From: Candidatus Krumholzibacteriota bacterium
GTDB taxonomy: Bacteria; Krumholzibacteriota; Krumholzibacteriia; JAJRXK01
Assembly (NCBI GenBank): GCA_963764625.1
Contig: CAVXTH010000009.1
Coordinates: 768,001-832,000, forward strand
Reading direction: 5' to 3'
Length of the DNA: 64,000 bases
This document shows, piece after piece, positions 40,961 to 51,467 of this stretch. Made by a program: the position numbers and the translations under genes. Position 1 is the first letter of the stretch; the number at the start of each line of letters is the position of its first letter. The notes beneath the pieces are model-generated. The model was not told the DNA's origin. It worked only from the letters and a program-made list of their open reading frames with translations, and made no database searches.

Positions 40961-42391
40961 TTGGCTCTCGATTCCAAACAGAAGCGCCAGCTCGCGGCCA
41001 TCGTTGGCAAGGACGGAGTGCTGGACGATCCCACCCATCGCCGCGTCTACGACGGGGACGCCTACACCCTCGACCGTTTCACGCCCGACGCGATCGTGTT
41101 GCCGCGGACAAAAGAGCAAGTCGCCAAGATCGTGCGCTGGTGCAACGAGAACCGAATTCCCTTCGCGCCGCGCGGTGCGGGTACCGGACTCTCGGGGGGT
41201 TGTCTGACGATTCAGGGCGGATTGCAGATCGGTTTGGCTCGCATGAGCAGCGTTCTGGAAGTCGACCCCTTGCAGCGCTTGGCGCGGGTGCAGCCTGGCG
41301 TGGTGAATCTCGAATTGGGCAAACTGGTCGCGGCGCACGGACTCACTTTCGCGCCCGATCCCTCTTCGCAGGCCGCGTGTACTCTGGGCGGAAACTTCGC
41401 CGGGAACAGCGGTGGTCCGCACTGTCTGAAGTACGGCGTTACTCTGCCGCATGTGCTCGGCGCCACTGTCGTCACCCCTGAAGGTGAATTCCTGAAAGTG
41501 GGTGGAACGCACGACCCCGGCCCCGGGGTGGATCTTCTGGGCTTGTTGGTGGGCTCGGAGGGAACGGCGGGTCTGGCGGTGGAGCTGACGGTGCGCCTCA
41601 CTCCGCTGGCTCCGGCGGTTCGCACCCTTCTCGCCGTCTTCTCTACCATCGCCGATGCGGCCCGCAGTGTGAGCCGCATCGTCGCGCGGGGCATCGTGCC
41701 GGCCGCGATGGAGCTCATCGACGCGGTGATGATCCGCGCGCTCGAAGCGGCCTTTCATCTGGGCTTTCCGCAGGGCGCGGGCGCGGTCCTCTTGATCGAG
41801 ATCGACGGTCCGGCGGAGGACTTGCCCGAGCAAGAGGAGACCATCGGAGAGATCTGCCGCCAGTGCGCGTGTCAGGAGTTGAATGTCGCGCGCGACGAAA
41901 GCGAGCGGGCCCTGTTGTGGAGAGCGCGTAAGAACGCGTTCGGGGCGGTGGGACGGATCTCGCCCAACTACGCTACCCAAGACGGAGTCGTGCCGCGCGC
42001 GATGGTTCCTTCGATCTGCGAGTTCATCGCCGACACGGCTCGGCGCCACGAGCTCACGGTGGGCGTGGTGCTTCACGCCGGCGACGGAAACATCCACCCC
42101 GCGATTCTCTACGACCGGCGTGATCCCGACTCGGTGGAGAGAGCCCTGATGGCGGGGGGAGAGATTCTGAAGGCTTGCATCGACATGGGGGGAAGTCCCA
42201 CCGGTGAGCATGGAGTGGGCCTGGAGAAAAGAGAATTCCTACCTCTGATCTTCTCCGAGGATGAGATGGACGCCCAACGGCAGATTCGCGATGCGCTCGA
42301 CCAGACGGGGCTCTGCAATCCGCTCAAGGTCTTGCCCACTGGGGCCGGCTGCGTGGAGCTGCGCGTGGCCGGTAGGCAGGTGGCCCTGTGA
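40961..42391 (+). CDS. glcD: FAD-linked oxidase, glycolate oxidase subunit GlcD-like
   Basis: RGAGTGLSGG, PDPSS, GGPHCLKYG, HAGDGNIH, GEHGVG. Confidence 0.88.
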   Translation: MALDSKQKRQLAAIVGKDGVLDDPTHRRVYDGDAYTLDRFTPDAIVLPRTKEQVAKIVRWCNENRIPFAPRGAGTGLSGGCLTIQGGLQIGLARMSSVLEVDPLQRLARVQPGVVNLELGKLVAAHGLTFAPDPSSQAACTLGGNFAGNSGGPHCLKYGVTLPHVLGATVVTPEGEFLKVGGTHDPGPGVDLLGLLVGSEGTAGLAVELTVRLTPLAPAVRTLLAVFSTIADAARSVSRIVARGIVPAAMELIDAVMIRALEAAFHLGFPQGAGAVLLIEIDGPAEDLPEQEETIGEICRQCACQELNVARDESERALLWRARKNAFGAVGRISPNYATQDGVVPRAMVPSICEFIADTARRHELTVGVVLHAGDGNIHPAILYDRRDPDSVERALMAGGEILKACIDMGGSPTGEHGVGLEKREFLPLIFSEDEMDAQRQIRDALDQTGLCNPLKVLPTGAGCVELRVAGRQVAL

Positions 42392-43599
42392 ACGTACGCG
42401 TATTGCGCGAAAAGTTCGCGTTCCGACTCAAGGCCGCGCTCGGCGACGGAGCCGTCGACATCACCACCTCCAGAATCAGTCCCTCCCACCGCGAAGGGTT
42501 TCGGCTGGCCGCGCAGATGCTTCACGAGGAAAAGGTCCCCTGGCAACCGACCGGATTCGGTAAGGCGGAGATGGGTTGGGTTGCGCTCTCGACCCAGAAC
42601 TTTCATGGCCTGATCGATTTCTGGCGAGACGATCTCGTGGCTCGTGTCGCTGCCGGCAGCTCGCTCGCGTCCATCCAGACCTCCTTGCAAGAAGAAGGCG
42701 TGCGTCTTCCGGCCACCGCGATGCGGCCGGAATCGACCAGCGTCGGCGCGCTCTTCTGCGGCGGGAGCCGCGGTTGGCGCAGTGGTCCCAATCAGGGATT
42801 GAGGGAATCGACACTGGGACTGTGCGCGGTGGACGGAAGTGGTCGCGTGTTGAAGGGGGGAGGTCGCGTGGTGAAGAACGTTGCCGGCTACGACCTCGTT
42901 CGGCTGCACCACGGAGCGCGCGGCGCCTTCGGATTGGTCACCGATCTCGTGGTGAAGTTGCAGCCCTTGCCCGTCTCCGCGGCGGCGTTTGCCATTCCCG
43001 CCAACTTGGAGGAAGCGACGCGCGTGCTCGGTGAAGCCCGGCTTCCCCGGGCAGTGCTCGAACCCACTACCCAACTCTGGCTCGATCTCTCCGAGGGGCA
43101 TCCCGGTGGGCTCTTGGCGAACGGAGTACTCGTGCTGGCGGCCGAAGGCGGCGCGGAGAGCATACGCAATTGGGGCGCGAGTCTTCCCGAGGCCGCTCTC
43201 GGCTTGGATCTCGATGCCGCCATGGCTTCCTTCGAGAACGATGGCCAGTGGCACGGCACGCTTCTCTCTCCCTTCAAGACGGTCGAGGTGGCCTGGCCCG
43301 ATTTCGCGGCGCGCTGGCGGCAGCGGGGATTGGGGGTGGCCTTGATTCTAGATTTTCTGAGCGGACGCGCCGAGGTGTTCCTGACCGGCGACGATTTCCG
43401 GCTTCTGGGAGCGGCGACCGAACTCGTGCGCGAGAGTACGGCTCACGGTGCGGTCCTGCATACCTTCTCCAAGAAACGCATCGTGGGTCCGGCCGAGGTC
43501 CCCGCGGTTCGAGCTTCTCTCGAGCGTCGACTCAAGGAAGCCTTCGATCCCGAAGGTCTTCTGCCCTTGCCGCCGGTGGAACTGGGAGGGTCCAAGTGA
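42388..43599 (+). CDS. glcE: glycolate oxidase subunit GlcE-like
   Basis: GGRVVKNVAGYDL, LKEAFDP; between glcD and glcF. Confidence 0.8.
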   Translation: MNVRVLREKFAFRLKAALGDGAVDITTSRISPSHREGFRLAAQMLHEEKVPWQPTGFGKAEMGWVALSTQNFHGLIDFWRDDLVARVAAGSSLASIQTSLQEEGVRLPATAMRPESTSVGALFCGGSRGWRSGPNQGLRESTLGLCAVDGSGRVLKGGGRVVKNVAGYDLVRLHHGARGAFGLVTDLVVKLQPLPVSAAAFAIPANLEEATRVLGEARLPRAVLEPTTQLWLDLSEGHPGGLLANGVLVLAAEGGAESIRNWGASLPEAALGLDLDAAMASFENDGQWHGTLLSPFKTVEVAWPDFAARWRQRGLGVALILDFLSGRAEVFLTGDDFRLLGAATELVRESTAHGAVLHTFSKKRIVGPAEVPAVRASLERRLKEAFDPEGLLPLPPVELGGSK

Positions 43600-44855
43600 A
43601 CCAGCCGCGGGCCACCGATACCCTCAGGCTCGACGAGCTTCTGCGCAGCTGCATTCACTGCGGTCTCTGCCTGGGATCGTGCCCCACCTATCTCGTCACC
43701 GGCGACGAACTCGACTCACCGCGCGGGCGTCTCATGGTCATGGCGGAGACGGTCTCGTTGCCCGACGCCTATTCGAGCGCCCACGGAGAGAACCCACTGT
43801 CGGCGGGCGTGCCCTCACGCGAAGGGCTGGACCGCTGCCTCGGCTGCCGGCACTGCGAAACCGTGTGCCCCGCCGGAGTTCATTACGGTGAGCTGCTCGA
43901 ATCCGCACGGGAGACCCTGGGTCCACCCAGAACCGCGCACGCCCGCTTGGCGGTCCAGCTCGTAGACCGCGTCATGAGCCGGCCCCGGCTTCTCTTTCCC
44001 GCGGCCAAGACGGCGCGAATGCTGCGGAACTTTCCCTTGGTCGGACGTCTTTTTCCTCCCCTGGGGAAACTGCTGGCGAGCCTGCCGGCACGGGCCCCTT
44101 CGCGCCCGCCCCGCCTGGATCTGCCGGCGGAAGGGGACGTGGCTTTGTTGGCTGGATGCGCCCAGCAGGTCTTTGGACCCGAAGTGTTACCGGCCACCGC
44201 GGCCCTGGTGCGCGCAGCGGGCTTTCAACCCTGTCTTCCGCCCCGGCAGAACTGCTGCGGGGCCCTCAGTCATCACGCAGGTTCGGTCGACCACGGGAAA
44301 GCTCTGGCCAGAGGGCTCATCGACGCTCTGCGGGGCCAGAAGACGATCGTGGTGCCGAGCGCCGGCTGCTCGGCGCACATGAAGGAGTACGGGCGGATCT
44401 TCGCGGACGAACCAGAGTACGCCCAGAAGGCGCACGAGGTCGCCACAGCCACGATCGATCTGGTGGCCTGGCTGGACGAAGTGGGGGAATCTCTGCGCTT
44501 TGCGGCCGATTCACGCCGGGTTGCCTACCACCCGCCGTGCCACCACTCCCATGCCCAGAGCCTCGTCGAGGAGCCCCTGCGGCTGCTTCGCCGCGTGCCC
44601 GGGATCGAGCTCGTCGAGCCGCGGGATGCCCAGAGCTGCTGCGGGAGCGCCGGCGCGTTCAGCCTGCTGCAACCCGAGATGGCCTCGGCGGTACGCGAGC
44701 ACAAGCTGGACGCCCTGAACGAGACCCGGGCCGAACTCATCGTGACCGCCAATCCGGGTTGCGAACTCTTCTTGGAATCGGGCTTGAGGGGAAGGGGCAC
44801 TCCGGGCGAGGTGACCCACCTGGCCGTCTACCTGGCCAATCTCCTCACGAACTGA
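43596..44855 (+). CDS. glcF: glycolate oxidase iron-sulfur subunit GlcF-like
   Basis: CIHCGLCLGSCP, CLGCRHCETVCP, two CCG domains, TANPGC. Confidence 0.88.
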   Translation: MNQPRATDTLRLDELLRSCIHCGLCLGSCPTYLVTGDELDSPRGRLMVMAETVSLPDAYSSAHGENPLSAGVPSREGLDRCLGCRHCETVCPAGVHYGELLESARETLGPPRTAHARLAVQLVDRVMSRPRLLFPAAKTARMLRNFPLVGRLFPPLGKLLASLPARAPSRPPRLDLPAEGDVALLAGCAQQVFGPEVLPATAALVRAAGFQPCLPPRQNCCGALSHHAGSVDHGKALARGLIDALRGQKTIVVPSAGCSAHMKEYGRIFADEPEYAQKAHEVATATIDLVAWLDEVGESLRFAADSRRVAYHPPCHHSHAQSLVEEPLRLLRRVPGIELVEPRDAQSCCGSAGAFSLLQPEMASAVREHKLDALNETRAELIVTANPGCELFLESGLRGRGTPGEVTHLAVYLANLLTN

Positions 44856-44861
44856 GGCGAT

Positions 44862-44891
44862 TTGGAAATCGGGCGTCGCTTACGATATACT
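44862..44891 (+). promoter_or_regulatory. sigma70-type promoter candidate upstream of add
   Basis: TTGGAA-18 bp-TATACT. Confidence 0.45.
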
Positions 44892-45171
44892 GAGTTCATG
44901 ACCCGCGACCGCGGGTCCAAGGCCGATGCGGAGTGGAGTTGGCGACTGGCCTCGTATAGCTCCACGCTGGGTAGGACAAATCTTCATCCACGGGTTTGAG
45001 TCGCTCTGTGGTGAAGAGGACGTTCGCCCACCGCATCGGCGCTTCCTTTTCAAGCCGACTTTCCACGACACCGCGGTACGCGAAGCGAGGAGGCTTTTCC
45101 TTCGGATGGCGCCCGAGAGATTCGGGTGCTAGCTTCGTAGGAACTCCGCGAGCAGCCATGGGGGTGGGGCC

Positions 45172-46248
45172 GTGAAACTGAGCGACGACATTCTGCACCG
45201 TCTTCCCAAGACGGACTTGCATTTACACCTCGACGGAAGTCTGAGAATAGACACGGTCTTGGACCTGGCGCGCGAGCGGGGGATTCAACTGCCGAGCACC
45301 GAGCGCGACGGGTTGCGTTCCATCCTGGAAGTGGGATTGGACTGCGAGAGTCTGGTGGAATACCTGCGGGTCTTCGACATAACGCTTCCGCTTCTGCAAG
45401 ATGCCGAGGCCCTCGCGCGCACCGCGTTCGAACTCGCCGAAGATGCGCATCGCGAGAACGTGCTTTACGCGGAGATCCGGTACTCGCCGCTCCTGCATCG
45501 CACACGCGGCATGAGCATGGACGAAGTCATCGCGGCGGTGGCCAAAGGACTGCAGCGCGCGGAGGATCAATACGGAATTCGAACTGGACAAATTCTGTGT
45601 GGTATTCGTCATCTGACTCCGGAGGATTCGCTCGAGCTGGCGGAACACGCGGTGGCGTGGAAGGACCGTGGCGTGGTCGGCTTCGATTTGGCCGGGGCGG
45701 AAAAGGACTACCCGGCCAAGCACCATCGTGAGGCGTTCTACAAGGTTCTCAACGCCAACGTGAATATCACCATCCACGCGGGCGAGGCGTTCGGCCCGGC
45801 CAGCATCGCACAGGCCCTGCACTACTGCGGCGCCCACCGCATCGGTCACGGCACGAGGTTGCTGGAAGATGTGGATCTACTGCATTACGTCAACGACCAT
45901 CGCATCCCGCTGGAAGTGTGTCCGACCTCGAACGTGCAGACGAAGGCGGTCGGTTCGTTCAAGGATCACCCCCTCCCGCGCTTCATGGAGGAGGGCCTTC
46001 GCGTCACCATCAACACCGACAACCGCCTCATCAGCAACACGGACTCCACTAACGAACTCAAGACGGTGGCGCAGGCCTTCGGCTTCGGTCTGGAGGAGAT
46101 TGTCGATCTGGTGGTTGCGGGCTTCAAGAGCGCCTTCTTGCCCTTGGGAACCAAGATCAAACTTCTCGAAGAGGTCTTCACGCAGCTTCGAGCTCTGGGC
46201 ATTCCTTACGCCCAGGAAATCTCCCGCCGCCGCCGGGTGAACATCTAG
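45172..46248 (+). CDS. add: adenosine deaminase
   Basis: DLHLHLDGS, TIHAGE, RIGHG, CPTSN, NTDN. Confidence 0.93.
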   Translation: MKLSDDILHRLPKTDLHLHLDGSLRIDTVLDLARERGIQLPSTERDGLRSILEVGLDCESLVEYLRVFDITLPLLQDAEALARTAFELAEDAHRENVLYAEIRYSPLLHRTRGMSMDEVIAAVAKGLQRAEDQYGIRTGQILCGIRHLTPEDSLELAEHAVAWKDRGVVGFDLAGAEKDYPAKHHREAFYKVLNANVNITIHAGEAFGPASIAQALHYCGAHRIGHGTRLLEDVDLLHYVNDHRIPLEVCPTSNVQTKAVGSFKDHPLPRFMEEGLRVTINTDNRLISNTDSTNELKTVAQAFGFGLEEIVDLVVAGFKSAFLPLGTKIKLLEEVFTQLRALGIPYAQEISRRRRVNI

Positions 46249-46823
46249 CCGGGAAGCGGAACCCTGGCCGCGAGCTGGTAGGCGATCACCCCGAAGGCCA
46301 CCGCGACGTTGAGGCTCTCCTTGAGTCCCTGCATCGGCAGTTCCACCGCGTTGTCACACAGCGCCAGAGTCTCGGCTCCTATTCCGGTGACTTCGTTCCC
46401 CACCACGATGGCCACGGGGGGATGCAGATCGATCTCGGTGAGAGGAAGGCTCTTGGTGGTGATCTCCAAAGCGAGGATCTGGTATCCCGACTCTCTGAGC
46501 CACAGCAGGGCCTCGGTGCTCTTGCTCCAGTAGCTCCAGGGAACGCTCTCGGTGGAGCCGAGGGCGGTCTTCTCGATCTCCGGACGCGGTGGATGGCCGG
46601 TATACCCGCAGAGGTACAGCTGGTCGAAGCAAACCGCGTCGGCGCTGCGGAAGATACTCCCGACGTTGCCCAAACTGCGGATGTTCTCCAGGACTCCCAC
46701 CACGCTGCGGCGCGGCAGATCCTGAAGTTCACGCGCGGAGAGATGTCGGGACTTGAGTTCACCGTTGCTGAGCCGGCGTCCGGTGGCGGTGAGCTCCTCG
46801 AGCGTGCGGGATCGGGAATTCAT
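46245..46823 (-). CDS. TrmH/SpoU family RNA methyltransferase
   Basis: NVGSIFRS, GNEVTG, ESLNVAVA. Confidence 0.92.
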   Translation of the reverse strand: MNSRSRTLEELTATGRRLSNGELKSRHLSARELQDLPRRSVVGVLENIRSLGNVGSIFRSADAVCFDQLYLCGYTGHPPRPEIEKTALGSTESVPWSYWSKSTEALLWLRESGYQILALEITTKSLPLTEIDLHPPVAIVVGNEVTGIGAETLALCDNAVELPMQGLKESLNVAVAFGVIAYQLAARVPLPG

Positions 46824-46993
46824 GCGCTCCAAACTAATCGGCATCGGCAGAGGCGTCGAGCCCGCTTTGCCTTTATCATCCCCCCTGGGCCCGCGCGGCG
46901 AGAGCGGTGTGGCGCCCGTAACTCGCGCGCAGCAGGGGGTGGGGCGCCGTGATCCAAGGAATCGATGCCGCCAGAGAGCCGAGGCAGGCGCAA

Positions 46994-48028
46994 ATGACCA
47001 AGGCCGTCGCGATGATCTCGGGCGGCCTGGACAGCAGTCTCGCCGTGCGTCTGATCCTCCAGCAGGGGATCGAGGTCGTCGCGGTGAATTTCTCCACCGG
47101 ATTCTGCCTCACCGACCATCAGCGCCGCGTCGCCCGCAAGGGACAGGACCCCAAGAAGCTGCGAAACCAGGCCCTGCGCCTGGGGGCCGAGACCGACGTG
47201 CCGGTCAAGATCATCGACATCGCGCAGGAGTATCTCGACGTGTTGAAGTACCCGCGCTACGGCTACGGGAAGAACGTCAATCCCTGCGTCGACTGCCGCA
47301 TCATGATGATGAGCAGGGCGCGCGAGTTCATGGAGGAGATCAATGCTTCTTTCGTCTTCACCGGAGAAGTGCTGGGGCAGCGCCCCAAGAGCCAGCACCG
47401 GCGCACGCTGGCGCTCATCGAGCGGGAGAGTGGGTTGGAGGGACGCCTCTTGCGTCCGCTTTCCGCCAAGCTTCTTCCCCCCACCATCGTGGAAGAACAG
47501 GGCCTGGTAGATCGCGAGCGGCTCATGGATTTTCACGGACGCAGTCGAAAACCGCAGGAGCGTCTGGCGGAAGAGCTGGGGGTGCAGGAGTATCCGCAAC
47601 CCGCCGGCGGGTGCTGCTATCTCACCGATCCCAACTACGCGGTGAGGGTGTTCGATCTCTTTGACCACGGAAAGAAGGCCGACGCCTCGCACGAAGATCT
47701 GCTCCTGTGCAAGCTAGGCCGCCACTTTCGAGTGAGCGACAAAGCGAAGGTCATCGTGGGTCGCTTCGAGGAGGAGAACGCCTACCTGCGCAATTTCGGA
47801 CTGACGCGTCCCCAACTGGAGGCTCTCGATTTCGTTGGCCCCTTGACCCTCATCGACGGCGATACCGACGAGGAGGTTCTCACCCGCGCGGCTCGCATCA
47901 CCGCCCGCTACTGTGACGGCCACGACGAGGATAAAGTCCGGATTCGTCTCCGCGAGGGGGAGAACGAACGCACCCTCGAAGTAAGGCCCCTGAAGCCCGA
48001 CGAAGCCGAGGCATGGTTGTTGCGATGA
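46994..48028 (+). CDS. PP-loop tRNA thiouridylase-like protein (ThiI/MnmA-related, no THUMP)
   Basis: SGGLDS, NPCVDCR, TGEVLGQRPKSQ, PAGGC. Confidence 0.8.
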   Translation: MTKAVAMISGGLDSSLAVRLILQQGIEVVAVNFSTGFCLTDHQRRVARKGQDPKKLRNQALRLGAETDVPVKIIDIAQEYLDVLKYPRYGYGKNVNPCVDCRIMMMSRAREFMEEINASFVFTGEVLGQRPKSQHRRTLALIERESGLEGRLLRPLSAKLLPPTIVEEQGLVDRERLMDFHGRSRKPQERLAEELGVQEYPQPAGGCCYLTDPNYAVRVFDLFDHGKKADASHEDLLLCKLGRHFRVSDKAKVIVGRFEEENAYLRNFGLTRPQLEALDFVGPLTLIDGDTDEEVLTRAARITARYCDGHDEDKVRIRLREGENERTLEVRPLKPDEAEAWLLR

Positions 48029-48273
48029 ACCCAACTCGGGAAATAGAGCTGGATGTCAGAGGACGGCTGTGCCCGGCGCCGATCCTGGATCTTGCCGAAC
48101 TGATCGCTCAGCAAGAGGTGGGGACGGTGATCGCGCTTGTGAGCGACGACTCGGCGATTGCCTTCGATCTCCCCGCTTGGTGTGCGAGCACCGGCCATGA
48201 GCTGCTCGAGCTGAAGCAGCGGGGAAACGAGCACCTCGGCCGCATTCGCAAGATGCACGATCGCGCCCTCTAG
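48025..48273 (+). CDS. TusA family sulfur carrier
   Basis: LDVRGRLCPAP (CPxP), DLPAWC..GHEL. Confidence 0.88.
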   Translation: MNPTREIELDVRGRLCPAPILDLAELIAQQEVGTVIALVSDDSAIAFDLPAWCASTGHELLELKQRGNEHLGRIRKMHDRAL

Positions 48274-48390
48274 CGCTGCAAAGTACCCTCTCGTCCTTCG
48301 CCTTTTCCCGTCGTTTCTTCGCTTCCTTCGACTGGGATCCCACTCGGCGAAAGGGAGCGGGCCCATCCTCCGGGAGGATCGATCCGAGTC

Positions 48391-49761
48391 ATGCAGAAGC
48401 ACTCGCTGAGTCTTTGTCTCATCATGCGGGACGAAGAGGAGACCATCGGCCGCACTTTGAAGTCCGTGCTGGCCCACGTGGATGAAGTCGTCGTGGTCGA
48501 TTTTGAATCGCAGGACAACACGCGGCTCATCGTCGAGGGCTACGGCGCGCGCGTAGTGGACGGTTCTTTCAAGGACGATTACGCACGCGCGCGAAACGCG
48601 GGTCTATCCGCCGCCTACGGGGACTGGATCCTGGTGTTGCAGCCGGGGGAGATCCTCGAACAGGTCAGGCCGGTGGACCTGGGCCGTCTTCTGGCCGATC
48701 CGGACGCGCTGGCCTATTACTGCCGGGTGCGCCGCGAGGACAAGGATGGTGCAACGGCGATTCGCGACGAGATTCGACTGTTTCGGAACCTTCCCCGCGC
48801 GCGATACCGTCAACGGGTCTGCGAGAGAATCGAGCCCTCCCTGGAGGAGATCTCCCGCGAGAGCGGCGGCGAGTTCCTGCCGAGCTCCCTTTCCATCCGC
48901 AGTGCCTACCAGGGCGACCAGGTCGCGAGGGAACGAATTCACCTGCTTCGGCAAGCCCTCAAGGAGTCACCAAAGGAGGCCTGGCTGCGCTACCAACTGG
49001 CGCGAAGCCTGGCCCGGGAAGACGGGGGAGAGATTTCGGCCATCCGGGGCTTCTCGCACGTCATGCAGTACGCGCTCGAATCGGTCAGCCAGCTGGAGAC
49101 GATCCCGGTCACGGAACTGGAAGGCAATGACTGGGCGAGGGGTCTCTACGCCCTCCTCTGTAAAGTCCAGCGAACCAGCGATCGTCCCCAGGAGGCGCTG
49201 GAGACGGCCGAGCGCGGCCTCGAGCGTCACGGACAGGGCTCTCTGCTTCGATTCGAGCACGGCGCCGCGCTACTCCTCTCGGCCGGAGAAGGCAAGAAGG
49301 GGTGCCGGCTACGCGAACTCTCCCGAAGCCAGTTCGAAGCTCTGCTCGACGGTCCCGAGAGAATCGAAGTGAACCAGATCCACGAGAGCTACTTCCACCG
49401 TTTGCCCCGGATCTGGTTGGGACGTTGCGCTTTGGTCGAGAAGAAGCTGGAAGAGGCACGCGATCATTTCCGGCGGGCTTTGGAGGAAAACCCCAAAGAG
49501 GCCGCGGCGTGGTATGGTCTGGCGAAAGCCGCGGAGATCGACGGACGCGAGTACGACGCCCTGCAACTCTATCTGAAGGCCATGGAACAGGAGCCGGCTC
49601 ACGCGGGCGCCTGGGAAGGTGGCATCCAAGTCCTCATTCGCCTCGGGTTCGAAGACAATGCCTCCAGCTGGTTGAAGAGACTGACGGTGCTTTTGCCGGA
49701 GAATGCACATCTCGCCCAGCTCAGCGCCCAGCTCGGCCGCGAGGTGGCCGCCGAGGTCTAG
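48391..49761 (+). CDS. GT2-like domain plus TPR protein lacking the DxD motif
   Basis: SLCLI.RDEE, DDYARARN, GDWILVLQPGE (normally DADE); C-terminal TPRs. Confidence 0.75.
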   Translation: MQKHSLSLCLIMRDEEETIGRTLKSVLAHVDEVVVVDFESQDNTRLIVEGYGARVVDGSFKDDYARARNAGLSAAYGDWILVLQPGEILEQVRPVDLGRLLADPDALAYYCRVRREDKDGATAIRDEIRLFRNLPRARYRQRVCERIEPSLEEISRESGGEFLPSSLSIRSAYQGDQVARERIHLLRQALKESPKEAWLRYQLARSLAREDGGEISAIRGFSHVMQYALESVSQLETIPVTELEGNDWARGLYALLCKVQRTSDRPQEALETAERGLERHGQGSLLRFEHGAALLLSAGEGKKGCRLRELSRSQFEALLDGPERIEVNQIHESYFHRLPRIWLGRCALVEKKLEEARDHFRRALEENPKEAAAWYGLAKAAEIDGREYDALQLYLKAMEQEPAHAGAWEGGIQVLIRLGFEDNASSWLKRLTVLLPENAHLAQLSAQLGREVAAEV

Positions 49762-49847
49762 GCGAAATTTCTGCGCGACCGTTGCGAGCGGGGAATTCGT
49801 GGCCGATCATGGCTGACACGAATCTCGGTCTCCTAGGACGGTATTCC

Positions 49848-51402
49848 ATGTCGAAGCAAAAGAACGAAACTCTCCCGCGTGGAAAGACGCTCTTCTCCAC
49901 CGCCATTTCGCATCTGCTCCCGGGGGAGAAGCACATTCCTCGCGAACGCCGGGTGTTCGTGAACCGGAATTTGCGCATGGAAGGCGTTCGGGCCCTGGGC
50001 TTCGACATGGACCACACCCTCGCTCTTTACCACCGCGCTCCCTTCGAGCAGCTGACACACGATTTGGCTCTGCAGAATCTGGTCGAGTGGCGGGGCTATC
50101 CCGAGAGCATCCGCAGCATTCACTACAATCCCGATTGCATCATCCGCGGGCTCATCGTCGACAAGCGTCACGGCAACATCCTGAAGATGGACTTTCACGG
50201 ATACATCGCGAAGGCGATGCATGGCAGCCACGTTTTGGACCGGGACGAACGAAAGAAGCTCTACCGCCGCTCGCGGGTGAATCTGCGAAGCGATCGGTAT
50301 CAGAGCTTCGATACTCTCTTCAGCATGCCCGAGGGATCCCTGTACTCCGCTCTCATGGATTTGCGGAGTAGGAAACCCGAGAGTGAATTCTCACACCTCA
50401 AGCCCAATCAGATCTTCGACGACGTGCGCGCCTCCGTGGACAAAGCTCACCGGGATGGATCGTTGAAATCCATCATCGTCAAAGATCTTTCGCGTTACTT
50501 CGTGTGGGATCCCGACTTGGCGGCCACCCTGCTGCGCTTCCGCGCGTTGGGGAAGAAAGTCTTCCTGCTCACCAACAGCGAGCATTCCTATACCGAAGCG
50601 GTCATGAACTACTTGCTCGGACAGGCCGAAGGCAATTGGAAACAACTCTTCGACCTGGTGGTGGTGAGCGCCGGCAAGCCGGGCTTCTTCCTGGAAAAGA
50701 GCCGACCGGAAGGCATTCCCACTCCCGAGTGCCCGGGCCGGGAGGAGTTCTGTTTCAGCGGCGGCAACGCCAGTTGGGTGGAGCGCTTCCTCGGGGCCAA
50801 CGGTGATCAGGTATTGTACTTCGGTGACCATACCTACGGGGACATCCTCAAGAGCAAGAAGAAGGTAGGCTGGCGCACGGCGATGATCGTGCAGGAGCTC
50901 GAACAGGAAGTCGCTGCCAATCGCCGTCTGCTCTATCAACGCCGAGAGCTCAACGGCCTCATGGCGCGCCAACAGGACTTGGCCCTCGATCGGGACCATC
51001 TTCGCTTTCTGCTGGAGACCCTCGATGGAAATGGGGAAGGCGGGGCTCTGTCAGCCGGGGGAAAGGCACTTCTCCTATCGCCTGCCGGAGATGGCCACCT
51101 GGTTCGGTATGGACGAGAAGGAGCGCAACCGGCACCGGGAGGGGATGCAACGCGTGCTCGAAGGGCTCGACTATATGAGCGCCCAGTACCGCGAGCGCAT
51201 GGCGGAACTCTCCCGCGTCATCATGGTGGGTCACAACCCCTATTGGGGCAGCCTTTTCAGGGAGGGAAACGAGAACAGCCGGTTTGGCCGCCAGGTGCGG
51301 GAGTTCGCCTGTATCTACACCAGCCGGGTGTCCAATTTCCTGGCCTACTCGGGGAACACCTACTTCATCGCCCCCGAGGAGAGGATGCCCCATGAGCGCT
51401 AG
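49848..51402 (+). CDS. HAD-IG family 5'-nucleotidase (frameshift near 51050)
   Basis: GFDMDHTL, LLTNS, KPGFF, GDHTYGD; C-terminal NPYWGSLF..ACIYTS in the shifted frame. Confidence 0.88.
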
Positions 51403-51467
51403 AGGAGAGGGCAAAGTCGAAGTCTCACTCTTGCGGACCCATTCGAACTCGGACTAGGATACTCCTC

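Noticed and set aside
44951-45005. CTCGTATA start resembling a purine riboswitch upstream of add
   Set aside because: Lacks the ATATGG loop, GTTTCTAC junction and closing GACTACGAG
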